From the NCBI GenBank assembly GCA_016931055.1, contig JAFGFL010000055.1:5773-69772 (forward strand): a DNA stretch of 64,000 nucleotides, given 5' to 3'. Position numbers and translations under genes: made by a program. Source of the stretch: Candidatus Omnitrophota bacterium (GTDB taxonomy: Bacteria; Omnitrophota; Gorgyraeia; Zapsychrales; Zapsychraceae). The first letter of the stretch is position 1. Each line of letters begins with the position of its first letter. Positions 27,364-36,764 of this stretch are shown piece after piece. The notes beneath the pieces are model-generated. The model did not search any database. It saw nothing but the letters and a program-made list of their open reading frames with translations, and was not told the DNA's origin.

Positions 27364-28350
27364 TTAGTCTTTCTTCCGCAATTTTTTCGCGTCGACTTTC
27401 ATTCCCAAGCTTAAACCCATCACCTTGAGGATTTCATTAATTTCCGTTAAGGACTTTTTTCCAAAATTGCGGTATGTCAAAAGCTCGGATTCCGGCTTTC
27501 GGACGAGCTCAGCGATCGTTTTAATATTCCCATCCTTAAGGCAATTAGCGCTGCGGACCGATAATTCCAGTTCCGAAATCGGAAGACGCAGTTTCTCGTA
27601 CAGCGCCTTTTCTTCAGCAGAGACCTCTTCCTCTTCCTCCTCTTCTTCAGGAAGCTGCCCATAGCTCACAAACACATCCAGATGCCGTTGGAGAATGTTA
27701 GCCCCATACAACATCGCTTCTTTAGGGCTAATGCCCCCATTGGTATGAACTTCCATGATCAGACGGTCATAATCCGTCCGTTGGCCGACGCGGGTGTTCT
27801 CGACATAATAACTGACACGGATGATCGGGGTAAAAATCGAGTCGATCGCGATAGTATCAACGGCATCTTTCTTATTCTGTTCAGCCGGGACATACCCCCG
27901 CCCTCGGGAGACCTCCATTTCAATATTAAGTTTTGTGTCTCGCGTTAACGTCGCGATGTGCAAACCGGTATTTAGGACTTCAATGGTTTCATCGCAAATA
28001 ATATCCGCCCCCGTCACTTCCCCTTTCTTTTCCGCCTTAATAAAGATCGGTTTAGGCACTTTGGAATGGGACCGTAAGACCAGCCTCTTCACATTGAGAA
28101 TAATCTCGGATACGGATTCCATAACTCCCGGGATGGTAGAATATTCGTGCCGAACCCCATCAATTTTCAGGGAAGTCACGGCGCTTCCTTCGATCGATGA
28201 CAACAAAATACGTCTAAGAGAATTTCCTAAGGTAATCCCGTAGCCTTTTTCGAAAGGTTCGGCGATAAACTTCCCATAGGTGTCCGTATAGGTCGCCTCA
28301 TCACAATCCAGCCTTTTGGGCATCTGAAAATCACGCCACTTAACTCCCAT
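27364..28350 (-). CDS. rpoA: DNA-directed RNA polymerase subunit alpha
   Basis: 328 aa. N-terminal domain GNSLRRILLSSIEGSA, C-terminal domain ELELSVRSANCLK. The linker contains E8 (PEEEEEEEEV). Confidence 0.97.
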   Translation of the reverse strand: MGVKWRDFQMPKRLDCDEATYTDTYGKFIAEPFEKGYGITLGNSLRRILLSSIEGSAVTSLKIDGVRHEYSTIPGVMESVSEIILNVKRLVLRSHSKVPKPIFIKAEKKGEVTGADIICDETIEVLNTGLHIATLTRDTKLNIEMEVSRGRGYVPAEQNKKDAVDTIAIDSIFTPIIRVSYYVENTRVGQRTDYDRLIMEVHTNGGISPKEAMLYGANILQRHLDVFVSYGQLPEEEEEEEEVSAEEKALYEKLRLPISELELSVRSANCLKDGNIKTIAELVRKPESELLTYRNFGKKSLTEINEILKVMGLSLGMKVDAKKLRKKD

Positions 28351-28381
28351 ATCACCCTCCTGATTGGTATGTCACAAAATG

Positions 28382-29011
28382 TTATCTGGAATAAAGCTCA
28401 ACAATTAACTGTTCATTGACCGGGAAGGCAACGTCGTTGCGCTGAGGTAAGCGTTTGACTTTTGCCTTGTAATGCGTGTGATCGACCTCAAGCCATTCGG
28501 GCACAGCCCGGCCTTGCGTCGCCTTGATATTGTCATCAACGTTTTGTTTGCCTTTTTTCTTAAATTGAATCAAAATCTCGTCGTTCTGCTTGGTCAAGAA
28601 TGAAGGAATATTGACCCGATGGTCATTCACATAAACAAAGCCATGACTCACTAACTGCCGTGCTTGCTTCCTTGAAGTACAGAACCCAAGCTGGAAAATA
28701 ACGTTATCCAGCCTTCTCTCCAGAAATTGAAGCAACGTTTCTCCCGTAACACCTTTGATGCGAGCCGCTTTCTTAAAATAATTATGAAATTGCTCTTCGT
28801 AAAGGCCGTAGATCCTTTTGACTTTCTGTTTTTCCCTTAACTGAAGCCCGTAGTTTGATAATTTTCCTCGGCGATTGGACCCATGTTGGCCCGGGGCATA
28901 AGCCCTGCGGTCAAAGGCACAACGATGTGTTGTGCACCGGGTCCCCTTCAAGAAGAGCTTTTCGCCTTCCCTTCGACATAACCGGCAGCTTGAACCGATA
29001 TATTTTCCCAT
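28382..29011 (-). CDS. rpsD: 30S ribosomal protein S4
   Basis: 209 aa. CRLCRREGEKLFLKG.RC, YGLQLREKQK, S4 RNA-binding domain. Confidence 0.97.
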   Translation of the reverse strand: MGKYIGSSCRLCRREGEKLFLKGTRCTTHRCAFDRRAYAPGQHGSNRRGKLSNYGLQLREKQKVKRIYGLYEEQFHNYFKKAARIKGVTGETLLQFLERRLDNVIFQLGFCTSRKQARQLVSHGFVYVNDHRVNIPSFLTKQNDEILIQFKKKGKQNVDDNIKATQGRAVPEWLEVDHTHYKAKVKRLPQRNDVAFPVNEQLIVELYSR

Positions 29012-29029
29012 TATACAATTCTCCTAAAT

Positions 29030-29428
29030 TTATACCCTGCGTTTCTTTCTCGCCCGGCAACCATTATGCGGTAAGGGTGTTATATCCTTGATGGTTGTCA
29101 CCATCAATCCATTGGCCTGCAAGGCGCGGATGGCCGATTCCCTTCCGGAACCCGGTCCGTTCACAAGCACATCCACGCTTTTCAGGCCGAATTCCTTCGC
29201 CTTCCGCGCGGCATCGGAAGAAGCCACTTGAGCCGCAAACGGCGTTGATTTCTTGGAACCGCTAAACCCGACAACGCCTGGCGTCGACCACACGATCACG
29301 TTGCCCTGCATATCCGTTATGGTTATCACCGTATTGTTAAACGTTGCCTTGATGTGCGCAATACCCGAGGTTATCCCTTTTAGTGATTTTTTCTTTGATT
29401 TATCTTTTTTCTTTTCTGGTTTTACCAT
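29030..29428 (-). CDS. rpsK: 30S ribosomal protein S11
   Basis: GIAHI.ATFNNT..T.TD..GN...W...[13 protein letters not shown]; C-terminal PHNGCR..K.RRV. Confidence 0.97.
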   Translation of the reverse strand: MVKPEKKKDKSKKKSLKGITSGIAHIKATFNNTVITITDMQGNVIVWSTPGVVGFSGSKKSTPFAAQVASSDAARKAKEFGLKSVDVLVNGPGSGRESAIRALQANGLMVTTIKDITPLPHNGCRARKKRRV

Positions 29429-29450
29429 TTAATCATTATCCTCAAACAAG

Positions 29451-29825
29451 TTATTCTTTCTTGATTTTGGCAGCCATGATCGGCTTGCGCCCTTTACGCG
29501 TCCGCGCATTGGTTCTTGTCCTTTGCCCCCGGACCGGTAATCCCCTGCGGTGGCGCAACCCTCGGTACGTTCCGATCGAAATATGCCTTTTGATATTCTC
29601 GCTGATTTCCCGGCGCAGATCCCCTTCCGTAATATAGCTGCTCTGAAGAATTGATGTAATCCGGGCAATCTCTTCATCGGAAAGATCTTTTGCCCGTCGA
29701 TTAAAATCAATCTTGGCCCGAGTTAATACTTCACGGGACCTGGTCGGCCCTATCCCATAGATATATCGAAGGGATGCCTCAATCCTTTTTTCTTTTGGAA
29801 TATCGACACCTAAAACTCTTGGCAT
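29451..29825 (-). CDS. rpsM: 30S ribosomal protein S13
   Basis: MPRVLGVDIPKEKRIEASLRYIYGIG. The start was trimmed to the ATG at 29825; the track start at 29864 would overlap rpmJ. Confidence 0.96.
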   Translation of the reverse strand: MPRVLGVDIPKEKRIEASLRYIYGIGPTRSREVLTRAKIDFNRRAKDLSDEEIARITSILQSSYITEGDLRREISENIKRHISIGTYRGLRHRRGLPVRGQRTRTNARTRKGRKPIMAAKIKKE

Positions 29826-29829
29826 ATGT

Positions 29830-29943
29830 CTACCCTTGTCTTTGTTTATGTTTTGGATTGTCACAAATCACACGCACAATCCCTTTGCGCCGTACGATTT
29901 TGCAATTCCCACACAATCTTTTAACAGATGCTTTAACCTTCAT
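29830..29943 (-). CDS. rpmJ: 50S ribosomal protein L36 (zinc-binding form)
   Basis: Only the last 37 codons of track ORF 29830..30144 are real: [37 protein letters not shown]. The ATG at 29943 lies 1 nt after the infA stop. Confidence 0.95.
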   Translation of the reverse strand: MKVKASVKRLCGNCKIVRRKGIVRVICDNPKHKQRQG

Positions 29944-29944
29944 T

Positions 29945-30163
29945 CTATTTATTCCTGTAAGTGATACGCCCGCGTGAAAGGTCATAGGGCGATAATTCAA
30001 GTTTAACCTTATCCCCGGGAAGAATCCGGATAAAATGTTTGCGGATCTTTCCCGATATATGGGCCAAAACCATATGGCCGTTCTCGAGTTCCACACGGAA
30101 CATCGCATTCGGCAATGCTTCCTTAATCGTTCCTTCAACTTCAATAAGTTCTTCTTTGGCCAT
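29945..30163 (-). CDS. infA: Translation initiation factor IF-1
   Basis: 72 aa. [39 protein letters not shown]...[21 protein letters not shown]. Confidence 0.97.
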   Translation of the reverse strand: MAKEELIEVEGTIKEALPNAMFRVELENGHMVLAHISGKIRKHFIRILPGDKVKLELSPYDLSRGRITYRNK

Positions 30164-30174
30164 AGGATTTATGC

Positions 30175-30948
30175 TTATTTCGTTAAAATTTCAGGGCCAT
30201 CTTCCCAAATAGCTATTGTCTGTTCAAAATGAGCCGATGGCTTTCCGTCTTCCGTCACGACGGTCCAGCCATCATCCAATATCTTGGTCGGACTCTTCCC
30301 TAAATTAACCATCGGTTCAATCGCGAAAACCATCCCTTCTTTCAAAACCGGCCCTTTATGCGGCGGCCCGAAATTCGGGATCTCAGGTTCTTCGTGAAGA
30401 CATTTCCCGATTCCATGTCCCACAAATTCCCTGACAACTGAGAAATGATTCGCTTCAACATGCTTCTGGACCGCATGGGATATATCCGAAAGTTGATTGT
30501 TGACACGTGCCTGACCAATGCCTTGATTCAACGATTCAGCCGTAACCTCAATGAGTTTCTGTAATTCCTTTTTAACACTGCCAATACCAACCGTTATGGC
30601 CATATCGGAAAAATAATGGTTATAAATGATCCCAATATCCAAGCTCGCGATATCTCCGTCTTTCAGCACCCGTCCTCCGGGAATGCCATGGACAACCTCT
30701 TCATTTACCGAAAGGCAAACACATCCCGGAAAACCGCGGTAGCCTTTAAAAGCCGGTTCAACATGATAGGCCTTGATCAGCTCTTCGGCCTTTTGATCAA
30801 TTTCCCGTGTCGTCACCCCAGATTTTAAAGAGCCTTTTAATTCACGGACGATCTCCGCAAGGATCTTGCCAGCCTCGCGCATTATTTTTATTTCTTCCGG
30901 CGTTTTAATGCTGATCGACCTATCGTCCGCCACAAGAAAACTCCTCAC
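30175..30948 (-). CDS. map: Type I methionine aminopeptidase
   Basis: 257 aa. [28 protein letters not shown].......D...T, HG.G...HE.P, EPM. Confidence 0.95.
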   Translation of the reverse strand: MRSFLVADDRSISIKTPEEIKIMREAGKILAEIVRELKGSLKSGVTTREIDQKAEELIKAYHVEPAFKGYRGFPGCVCLSVNEEVVHGIPGGRVLKDGDIASLDIGIIYNHYFSDMAITVGIGSVKKELQKLIEVTAESLNQGIGQARVNNQLSDISHAVQKHVEANHFSVVREFVGHGIGKCLHEEPEIPNFGPPHKGPVLKEGMVFAIEPMVNLGKSPTKILDDGWTVVTEDGKPSAHFEQTIAIWEDGPEILTK

Positions 30949-30990
30949 TTCGTTCGTCGTATCTTCTTTGCTGCATAGGAAGGGAGTTTT

Positions 30991-31665
30991 CTAGCAGCAT
31001 CCGCGTTCATGCTCTCCTATGCTGTGAACTATTTTCATCAGACTCTCTTGGACCTCTTGAGAGTTTCTATCCGCGTCCACTTTCTTAAGTTTTCCCTGCG
31101 CTTCATAATAATCAATGACCGGCTTTGTGTTCTTCAGATAAACACTCATCCGCGTCTTGATCGTCTCTTCATTGTCATCAGGGCGCTGATAGATTTCGCC
31201 GCCGCATCTGTTGCAAATGCCTTCTTTCTTGGGCGGATTATTTTTCACATGAAAAATAGCGCTGCAATGGCGGCAGATCCGCCGGCCTGTCAGCCGTTCG
31301 ACAATCACGGGCAGCGACGCATCCAAATATACCGCATAATCAACAGGTTTGTTTAAACCATTCAGCAGAATATCCAAATCTTTGGCCTGCACTTTCGTCC
31401 GCGGAAAGCCATCCAGCATGTACCCTTTGTCGATCGCCTTGTCATGGGAAAACTTATTCTCAATCAGCTTAATAACCACTTGATCCGGCACAAGCCCGCC
31501 GCTTTCGACATAATGTTTGACTTCCTGGCCAAGAAGCGTATTGTTCTTCATCTCCTCCCGGAGCATATCCCCCGTTGAAACATGAGGAATATCGAGTTTT
31601 TTGTTTAAGAAAGCGGCCAATGTCCCCTTCCCCGCACCCGGCGGTCCCAACAAAACTAACTTCAT
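30991..31665 (-). CDS. adk: Adenylate kinase (zinc-lid type)
   Basis: GPPGAGKGT P-loop and a LID with CRHC...CNRCGG (4-Cys Zn site). Conserved position between secY and map. Confidence 0.95.
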   Translation of the reverse strand: MKLVLLGPPGAGKGTLAAFLNKKLDIPHVSTGDMLREEMKNNTLLGQEVKHYVESGGLVPDQVVIKLIENKFSHDKAIDKGYMLDGFPRTKVQAKDLDILLNGLNKPVDYAVYLDASLPVIVERLTGRRICRHCSAIFHVKNNPPKKEGICNRCGGEIYQRPDDNEETIKTRMSVYLKNTKPVIDYYEAQGKLKKVDADRNSQEVQESLMKIVHSIGEHERGCC

Positions 31666-33014
31666 CGTCTCCCCTTTATGTGGCCAGATTTCATGAACCC
31701 GTCATAATGCCGCATGACTAGATGAGATTCAATCTGCTTCATCGTATCCAGCATCACACCGACCGTAATCAAAACTCCCGTTCCGCCAAAAAAGGAGGCC
31801 ACCAAATAAGGGACTCTGAACGAAGCCATAATCGCATCCGGCATGACGGCAATACACATAATGAATAAAGCCCCCGCCAATGTGATGCGCGTCATAACGA
31901 AATCAAGATAATCCGCTGTCTGCGTGCCCGGACGGACACCCGGGACAAATCCGCCGTGCTTTTTCATGTTTTCAGCAACATCAATGGGATTGAAAACAAT
32001 CGCCGTATAAAAATAACAGAAGAAAACGATTAAAAGTCCGTAAAATGTGTAATACAAAAAATGGCCCCTGCTGATAACGCTTGCCATTGACTGGAACCCC
32101 TCATGCGGGATAAAACTGGCCAGGGTTGCCGGGAATAAAATAATCGACTGGGCAAAGATGATCGCGATAACACCCGAAGTATCCACCTTAAGCGGAATAT
32201 AGGTATTTTGCCCGCCGTAGACTTTTCTTCCAACAATACGCCGGGCATATTGCACAGGGATTTTTCGTTGCGCTTGGGTGATCAAAGTGATGGCAATAAC
32301 CACCCCAACCAAAAAGGCAAGCATGATCAACAACGTTAACGGCTGAAGTTGGCTCCCTCCCCCCGCTGAAGGCGACATCAATTGCACAAGGTTCTGCGCC
32401 GCTGATGGAGCCGCGGAAATGATACCAGCCGTAATAATCAACGATATCCCGTTACCAATCCCTTTTTCCTGGATCTGCTCCCCCAACCACATTAAAAGCA
32501 ACGTTCCGCTGGAAAGGGTCAAAACAGTCACAATACGAAATGCCCAGCCAGGATTATTCACGACCTGCAACCCCCCGAAAACCACTCCTGATCTGTCTTC
32601 AAGCCAAAGAGCGATAAAAAACGACTGCACAACCGCCAAAACCAATGTTCCATAACGTGTATACTGGTTGATTTTATGATAGCCGGCCTGTCCTTCCTTC
32701 GCCAATTTCTCAAGGGCCGGGATGACAGCGGTTAACAGCTGCAAAATGATCGAGCTTGAGATATAAGGCATGATCCCAAGAGCAAACACGGTCGCTTTCT
32801 CAAGAGCCCCGCCGGAAAACATATTCATGACGCTGAATATGCTTCCGCTTGCCGCTGAGGTCATCTTCTGAAAATATTCACCTAAAACCGCGCCGTTGAC
32901 GCCTGGCGTCGGAATATAACATCCAACTCGATACGCGGCAATCATAGCCAACGTAAACAATATCTTCTTCTTCAGTTCAGGGATCTTAAAGCAATTGACA
33001 AACGCACTTAACAT
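31662..33014 (-). CDS. secY: Preprotein translocase subunit SecY
   Basis: 450 aa, 10 TM pattern. LGIMPYISSSII.QLL and canonical spc-operon position. Confidence 0.97.
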   Translation of the reverse strand: MLSAFVNCFKIPELKKKILFTLAMIAAYRVGCYIPTPGVNGAVLGEYFQKMTSAASGSIFSVMNMFSGGALEKATVFALGIMPYISSSIILQLLTAVIPALEKLAKEGQAGYHKINQYTRYGTLVLAVVQSFFIALWLEDRSGVVFGGLQVVNNPGWAFRIVTVLTLSSGTLLLMWLGEQIQEKGIGNGISLIITAGIISAAPSAAQNLVQLMSPSAGGGSQLQPLTLLIMLAFLVGVVIAITLITQAQRKIPVQYARRIVGRKVYGGQNTYIPLKVDTSGVIAIIFAQSIILFPATLASFIPHEGFQSMASVISRGHFLYYTFYGLLIVFFCYFYTAIVFNPIDVAENMKKHGGFVPGVRPGTQTADYLDFVMTRITLAGALFIMCIAVMPDAIMASFRVPYLVASFFGGTGVLITVGVMLDTMKQIESHLVMRHYDGFMKSGHIKGRR

Positions 33015-33502
33015 TATTTCTTAAAAGGCCCTTTTTCTATATTCGTATTTTCAACAACAGGTTCGATCTTACCGCCGGCTTTAATCACTTTGTCCTGGGC
33101 TGTTTTCGAAATACTCCCTGCCTGAATGGTCAGGGATTTTTTGATTTCCCCGTCACCCAAAATCTTAAAAGGCTTATTTAAACTTCTGATAAGCCCTTGC
33201 TGTTTTAAAAACTCCGCATTGATGATAGTGCCATTCTCGAATTTATTAAGTCGCTCCAAAGCGACAACTTGGTTAAGAATGGGCCGCTTACTGTGAAAGC
33301 CAACTTTAGGGAGCCGCCGGATCAAAGGCATTTGGCCGCCTTCGGATGAAATGACAACAGCGCGCCCCGTACTGTGGGCTTTTTGGCCATTCTCGCCACG
33401 ACCACTTGTCTTTCCGCGGCCCGATCCCTTGCCCCGGCCGACAATTCTTTTGTGTTTTCTTGAACCCTTCGGTGATTGTAACTCGTGCAAATGCATGATC
33501 AA
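33014..33502 (-). CDS. rplO: 50S ribosomal protein L15
   Basis: L.P..GS.K..KR.GRG.GSG.GKTSGRG..GQ. Confidence 0.95.
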   Translation of the reverse strand: MIMHLHELQSPKGSRKHKRIVGRGKGSGRGKTSGRGENGQKAHSTGRAVVISSEGGQMPLIRRLPKVGFHSKRPILNQVVALERLNKFENGTIINAEFLKQQGLIRSLNKPFKILGDGEIKKSLTIQAGSISKTAQDKVIKAGGKIEPVVENTNIEKGPFKK

Positions 33503-33511
33503 TTCCTGTTT

Positions 33512-34162
33512 TTATCCGTTGACCAATCCGTCTGTTTTAAGACGGGTAAGCCCATCGATTGTTGCTTTGACGACATTAATGGGATTATTCGATCTGTGAC
33601 ACTTTGTCAAAATGTTTCGAATCCCAGCCCCATCACAGACGGCCCGCACCGGCCCTGCCGCGATAACGCCGGTTCCTTCTGAAGCCGGTTTAAGCAGGAC
33701 CCGAGATCCGCTGCACCTGCCGATAATCTCATGAGGAATCGTCGTTCCTTTCAGGGAAATCTTAATCATATTTTTCTTTGCTGCCGCCATGGCCTTTCGG
33801 ATGGCAATGGATACTTCCGCGGCTTTTTCTAAACTATAGCCGACATTCCCCTTGGTATCACCGACAACCACCAAAGCGCTGAAGGATAGTTTCTTCCCCC
33901 CTTTTGTGACTTTGGTAATACGGTTGATCGAGACGACCTTTTCAACAGTTTCCGCTCCCTCCGCCCCTGCCGCCAGCACCTCTTTATCCAAAATCTCTTC
34001 TTCCGCGGATTTCTCGTGAACGCCACTGCCCCGTTTACCAACGCCCTTTTCGCCGACTATCTTGTCTTCGGGAATTTTCTCCCTTTTAAAATCAGGTTTT
34101 CGGAACTTTTGTTCTTTCGGTCTTTTTATATTGTCAGATGGCTCTTTGTCTCTTTTATTCAT
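33512..34162 (-). CDS. rpsE: 30S ribosomal protein S5 with ~60-aa basic/acidic N-terminal extension
   Basis: The core starts at [34 protein letters not shown]. It is preceded by a low-complexity K/E/R-rich leader absent from typical S5. Confidence 0.93.
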   Translation of the reverse strand: MNKRDKEPSDNIKRPKEQKFRKPDFKREKIPEDKIVGEKGVGKRGSGVHEKSAEEEILDKEVLAAGAEGAETVEKVVSINRITKVTKGGKKLSFSALVVVGDTKGNVGYSLEKAAEVSIAIRKAMAAAKKNMIKISLKGTTIPHEIIGRCSGSRVLLKPASEGTGVIAAGPVRAVCDGAGIRNILTKCHRSNNPINVVKATIDGLTRLKTDGLVNG

Positions 34163-34167
34163 AATTC

Positions 34168-34536
34168 CTAAAACTCCATTCCGCCTTTTCGCGCCCCATC
34201 AGCAAAAGCTTTAACGCGCCCGTGATAGAGGTAACCACCGCGGTCAAAACACACTCTTTTGATTCCTTTTTTCTGGGCCTCGGCGGCAAATGCTTCTCCG
34301 AAAACTGAAGCGGCAGCGATATTTCCCCCATTCTTGATTTTACCCGAAACAGATTTACTGCGTGTGGACATTCCTAACAGCACTTTCCCTGCGCTATCAT
34401 CAATGACCTGGGCATAAAAATTCAAAAGACTTCGATGAACACATAATCTCGGCTGATCGCTTGTCCCGGCAATTTTCTTGCGGATCCTGCTATGCCTTCC
34501 GATTCTTTTCCGTTCTTTTACTTTTGTTATTCTCAT
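34168..34536 (-). CDS. rplR: 50S ribosomal protein L18
   Basis: RH.RIRKKI.GT...PRL.V.RS....YAQ.IDD; C-terminal FDRGGY.YHGRVKA.AD.AR..G..F. Confidence 0.96.
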   Translation of the reverse strand: MRITKVKERKRIGRHSRIRKKIAGTSDQPRLCVHRSLLNFYAQVIDDSAGKVLLGMSTRSKSVSGKIKNGGNIAAASVFGEAFAAEAQKKGIKRVCFDRGGYLYHGRVKAFADGARKGGMEF

Positions 34537-34544
34537 GATCGTTT

Positions 34545-35084
34545 TTATTTTGCGACTGATTTTCCAACTTTCCTTCGGACATGCTCTCCGACATACCGGA
34601 TGCCTTTCCCCTTATACGGTTCAACCGGCTTTAAATCACGTATTTTGGCCGCAGTCTGCCCGACCAGAACACTGTCCGGCCCTTCAACGGTAATCGAGGT
34701 TTGATTCGGGACGATGGCCTTAATACCATCCGGCACAAGAAATTCAACCGGATGGCTAAACCCTAGGTTGAATAAAATCTTATTCCCCTGGAGTTGGGCT
34801 CGAAACCCAATTCCCTGGATTTCCAGTTCTTTTTTGTGGCCATTGGTCACGCCAGCAATCATATTGACCAGACGCGAGCGGATGGTCCCATGATTGGCGC
34901 GATCCTGTTTAGCATCCGAACTACGCGTAACCGTTAATTTATCTTCTGTAAACTCAACATTGATACCATCAGGGATATTAAGGTTCAATTTGCCCTTAGG
35001 CCCTTCCAGAGCGACTGTACCCGCCGCTACGTTGACCTTGACCCCTTTTGGGACATCAACTGGATTTTTACCTGTTCTTGACAT
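34545..35084 (-). CDS. rplF: 50S ribosomal protein L6
   Basis: MSRTGKNPV.VP.GV.V......V...GPKG.L; PEPYKGKGIRY..E.V..K.GK. Confidence 0.96.
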   Translation of the reverse strand: MSRTGKNPVDVPKGVKVNVAAGTVALEGPKGKLNLNIPDGINVEFTEDKLTVTRSSDAKQDRANHGTIRSRLVNMIAGVTNGHKKELEIQGIGFRAQLQGNKILFNLGFSHPVEFLVPDGIKAIVPNQTSITVEGPDSVLVGQTAAKIRDLKPVEPYKGKGIRYVGEHVRRKVGKSVAK

Positions 35085-35245
35085 AATTCAAAATTCCATG
35101 ACTTTATCGCAACGTGCTTGTCTTTTCTTCCTCGACGCCCTTAATGGCGAGCCCTTCGGCAGGCTTAGGGTTCCTCTCGGCCGAATTGTCCCGAGCTTGC
35201 CGAGGGACAAGCCCTGCACCAGAAGGTGCAGGGCGCGACGAATCA
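35085..35245 (-). other. Structured G+C-rich non-coding spacer between rpsH and rplF (candidate cis-regulatory RNA, sRNA or inserted repeat)
   Basis: 161 nt with no ATG-initiated ORF. The transcript strand has a perfect hairpin GCCCUGCACC-UUCU-GGUGCAGGGC (35211-35234), an adjacent 7-bp hairpin UUGUCCC/GGGACAA (35186-35210), and alternative CUCGG(C)/(G)CCGAG pairings. By hand count, 72 of the 110 nt in 35131-35240 are G/C. Confidence 0.5.
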
Positions 35246-35641
35246 CTACCAAACGTAACACAAAACTTCCCCGCCAATTTTCATCTTACGGGCCTCACGG
35301 TCACTGACAATGCCTTTTGAAGTTGAGATAACAGCTGTTCCCAACCCGTTGATGACGCGCGGGACTTTATTGTTTTGCGCATATATCCGCAATCCTGGGC
35401 GCGATATGCGTTTAAGACCGATTATAACCGGCTTTTTGTTCTCATATTTCAAGTACACTTTATAGGTGCCCTGAACACTGTCCTTCATCAGCCGATAATC
35501 TTCTATATATCCATCAGCCTTGAAAATCTCAAGGATCCTCTCCATCAACTTTGACGCCGGGATATCAACCGTCTCTTTATTAGCTTGTATGCCGTTCCGG
35601 ATAATCGTTAACAAATTACTGATTGGATCATTTAATGACAT
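35246..35641 (-). CDS. rpsH: 30S ribosomal protein S8
   Basis: MSLNDPISNLLT.IRNG......V..P.SK......I....GYI. Confidence 0.96.
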   Translation of the reverse strand: MSLNDPISNLLTIIRNGIQANKETVDIPASKLMERILEIFKADGYIEDYRLMKDSVQGTYKVYLKYENKKPVIIGLKRISRPGLRIYAQNNKVPRVINGLGTAVISTSKGIVSDREARKMKIGGEVLCYVW

Positions 35642-35680
35642 AATAACCAGATTCTCCCTTCCGTGTTTTACGGAAATGTA

Positions 35681-35866
35681 TTACCAGCTCGCTTTTTTAA
35701 CGCCTGGAAGTTCGCCGCGCCAGGCAAGTTCACGAAAACAGATCCGGCAGACCGCGAAGCGCCGCAAATACCCTCTTGAACGTCCACAGAGTTTACAACG
35801 ATTATACTTCCTCGTGGAAAATTTCGGTTTCCTCGATGATTTTATGATCAATCCTTTTTTTGCCAT
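35681..35866 (-). CDS. rpsZ: 30S ribosomal protein S14 type Z (zinc-binding, 61 aa)
   Basis: [47 protein letters not shown], with a CxxC...CxxC pattern. Confidence 0.96.
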   Translation of the reverse strand: MAKKGLIIKSSRKPKFSTRKYNRCKLCGRSRGYLRRFAVCRICFRELAWRGELPGVKKASW

Positions 35867-35884
35867 ATATTCTCTTTTCCGCTT

Positions 35885-36451
35885 TTACATCTGTTCGGAT
35901 TTTGCGGTTTTCTTACGAAAGGGCATCCCTAAAAGGCTCAAGACTTCAAGAGTCTGGTCCTTGGGCCCCCTATTGAATACAAACGTGATGTCCATCCCCT
36001 GGACATTTGATATTTTCCCGGGATCCATTTCAGGAAAGATTGCCTGTTCACTAAGGCCGATACTATAGTTGCCTTCCTTATCAAACGATTTGAAGGAAAC
36101 GCCGTTGAAGTCACGGATTCTGGGCAGTGTGACGTTGACTAAGCGGTCCATGAACTCATACATTTTAGTCCGCCGTAACGTCACCTTGCAGCCAATCGGC
36201 ATCCCAATGCGTAATTTAAAATTGGATATCGCTTTTTTAGCCTTTGTGATAACCGCCTTCTGTCCAGTAATAGCCGTCAGGTCAGCAACCGCGCTTTCCA
36301 ATATTTTCATGTCTCCCATAGCGCGCCCAACCCCCATATTAACCACGATTTTGTTCAGGCGTGGCACCGCCATCCTGTTTTTAATTCCGAATTTCTCCTG
36401 CATCTTTGGGATGACTTCTTCTTCATATCTTTTCTGCAAACGCGATATCAC
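35885..36451 (-). CDS. rplE: 50S ribosomal protein L5
   Basis: Homology begins at (V->M)[45 protein letters not shown] at 36451 lies 1 nt after the rplX stop. The track ORF start at 36658 is an in-frame read-through across rplX. Confidence 0.93.
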   Translation of the reverse strand: MISRLQKRYEEEVIPKMQEKFGIKNRMAVPRLNKIVVNMGVGRAMGDMKILESAVADLTAITGQKAVITKAKKAISNFKLRIGMPIGCKVTLRRTKMYEFMDRLVNVTLPRIRDFNGVSFKSFDKEGNYSIGLSEQAIFPEMDPGKISNVQGMDITFVFNRGPKDQTLEVLSLLGMPFRKKTAKSEQM

Positions 36452-36452
36452 T

Positions 36453-36764
36453 TTAAATAACCTCTCCGCTCTTCTTGGCAATACGCACCTTGCTGCCGTC
36501 CTTGAGTATCGAGGAGGCCATGCGGGTTGATTTATTCGTCCTCTTATCCACCAGCATAATGTTAGAACGGTGGATCGGCATCTCGATCTCAATGAAACCG
36601 CCTTGCTGGTTTTGTTGGGTCGGCCGCTGAGCCTTCTTCGACAAATTGATGTGTTCAACGATGACGCGGTCCTGTTTTGGAAAAACCTTTAACACTTTTC
36701 CTGTTTTCCCTTTATCTTTGCCGGCAATCACAACAACCTGGTCATTTTTCTTAATAGTGAACAT
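36453..36764 (-). CDS. rplX: 50S ribosomal protein L24
   Basis: [24 protein letters not shown] (KOW motif). Confidence 0.96.
   Translation of the reverse strand: MFTIKKNDQVVVIAGKDKGKTGKVLKVFPKQDRVIVEHINLSKKAQRPTQQNQQGGFIEIEMPIHRSNIMLVDKRTNKSTRMASSILKDGSKVRIAKKSGEVI

Noticed and set aside
27600-27655. A GAA/GAG-rich microsatellite-like stretch (gaagaggaggaagaggaagagg), considered as a possible tandem repeat or array.
   Set aside because: It is in frame inside rpoA and encodes the E8-rich interdomain linker (PEEEEEEEEVSAEE). It is a coding low-complexity region, not a repeat element or CRISPR.
29944-30144. The upper two thirds of track ORF 29830..30144 (104 aa), which looks like a larger protein ending in L36.
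   Set aside because: That part lies in an alternative frame across infA, whose own frame gives a textbook IF-1. Only the last 37 codons, starting at the ATG at 29943, constitute rpmJ.
35114-35320. A 68-aa plus-strand ORF covering the rpsH-rplF spacer, considered as a possible inserted small gene.
   Set aside because: It is on the opposite strand to everything else, runs into the rpsH coding sequence, lacks an SD, and its composition simply mirrors the GC-rich hairpins. The RNA-structure explanation is better; see finding 1 for the minus-strand 57-codon frame, which I keep as an open alternative.
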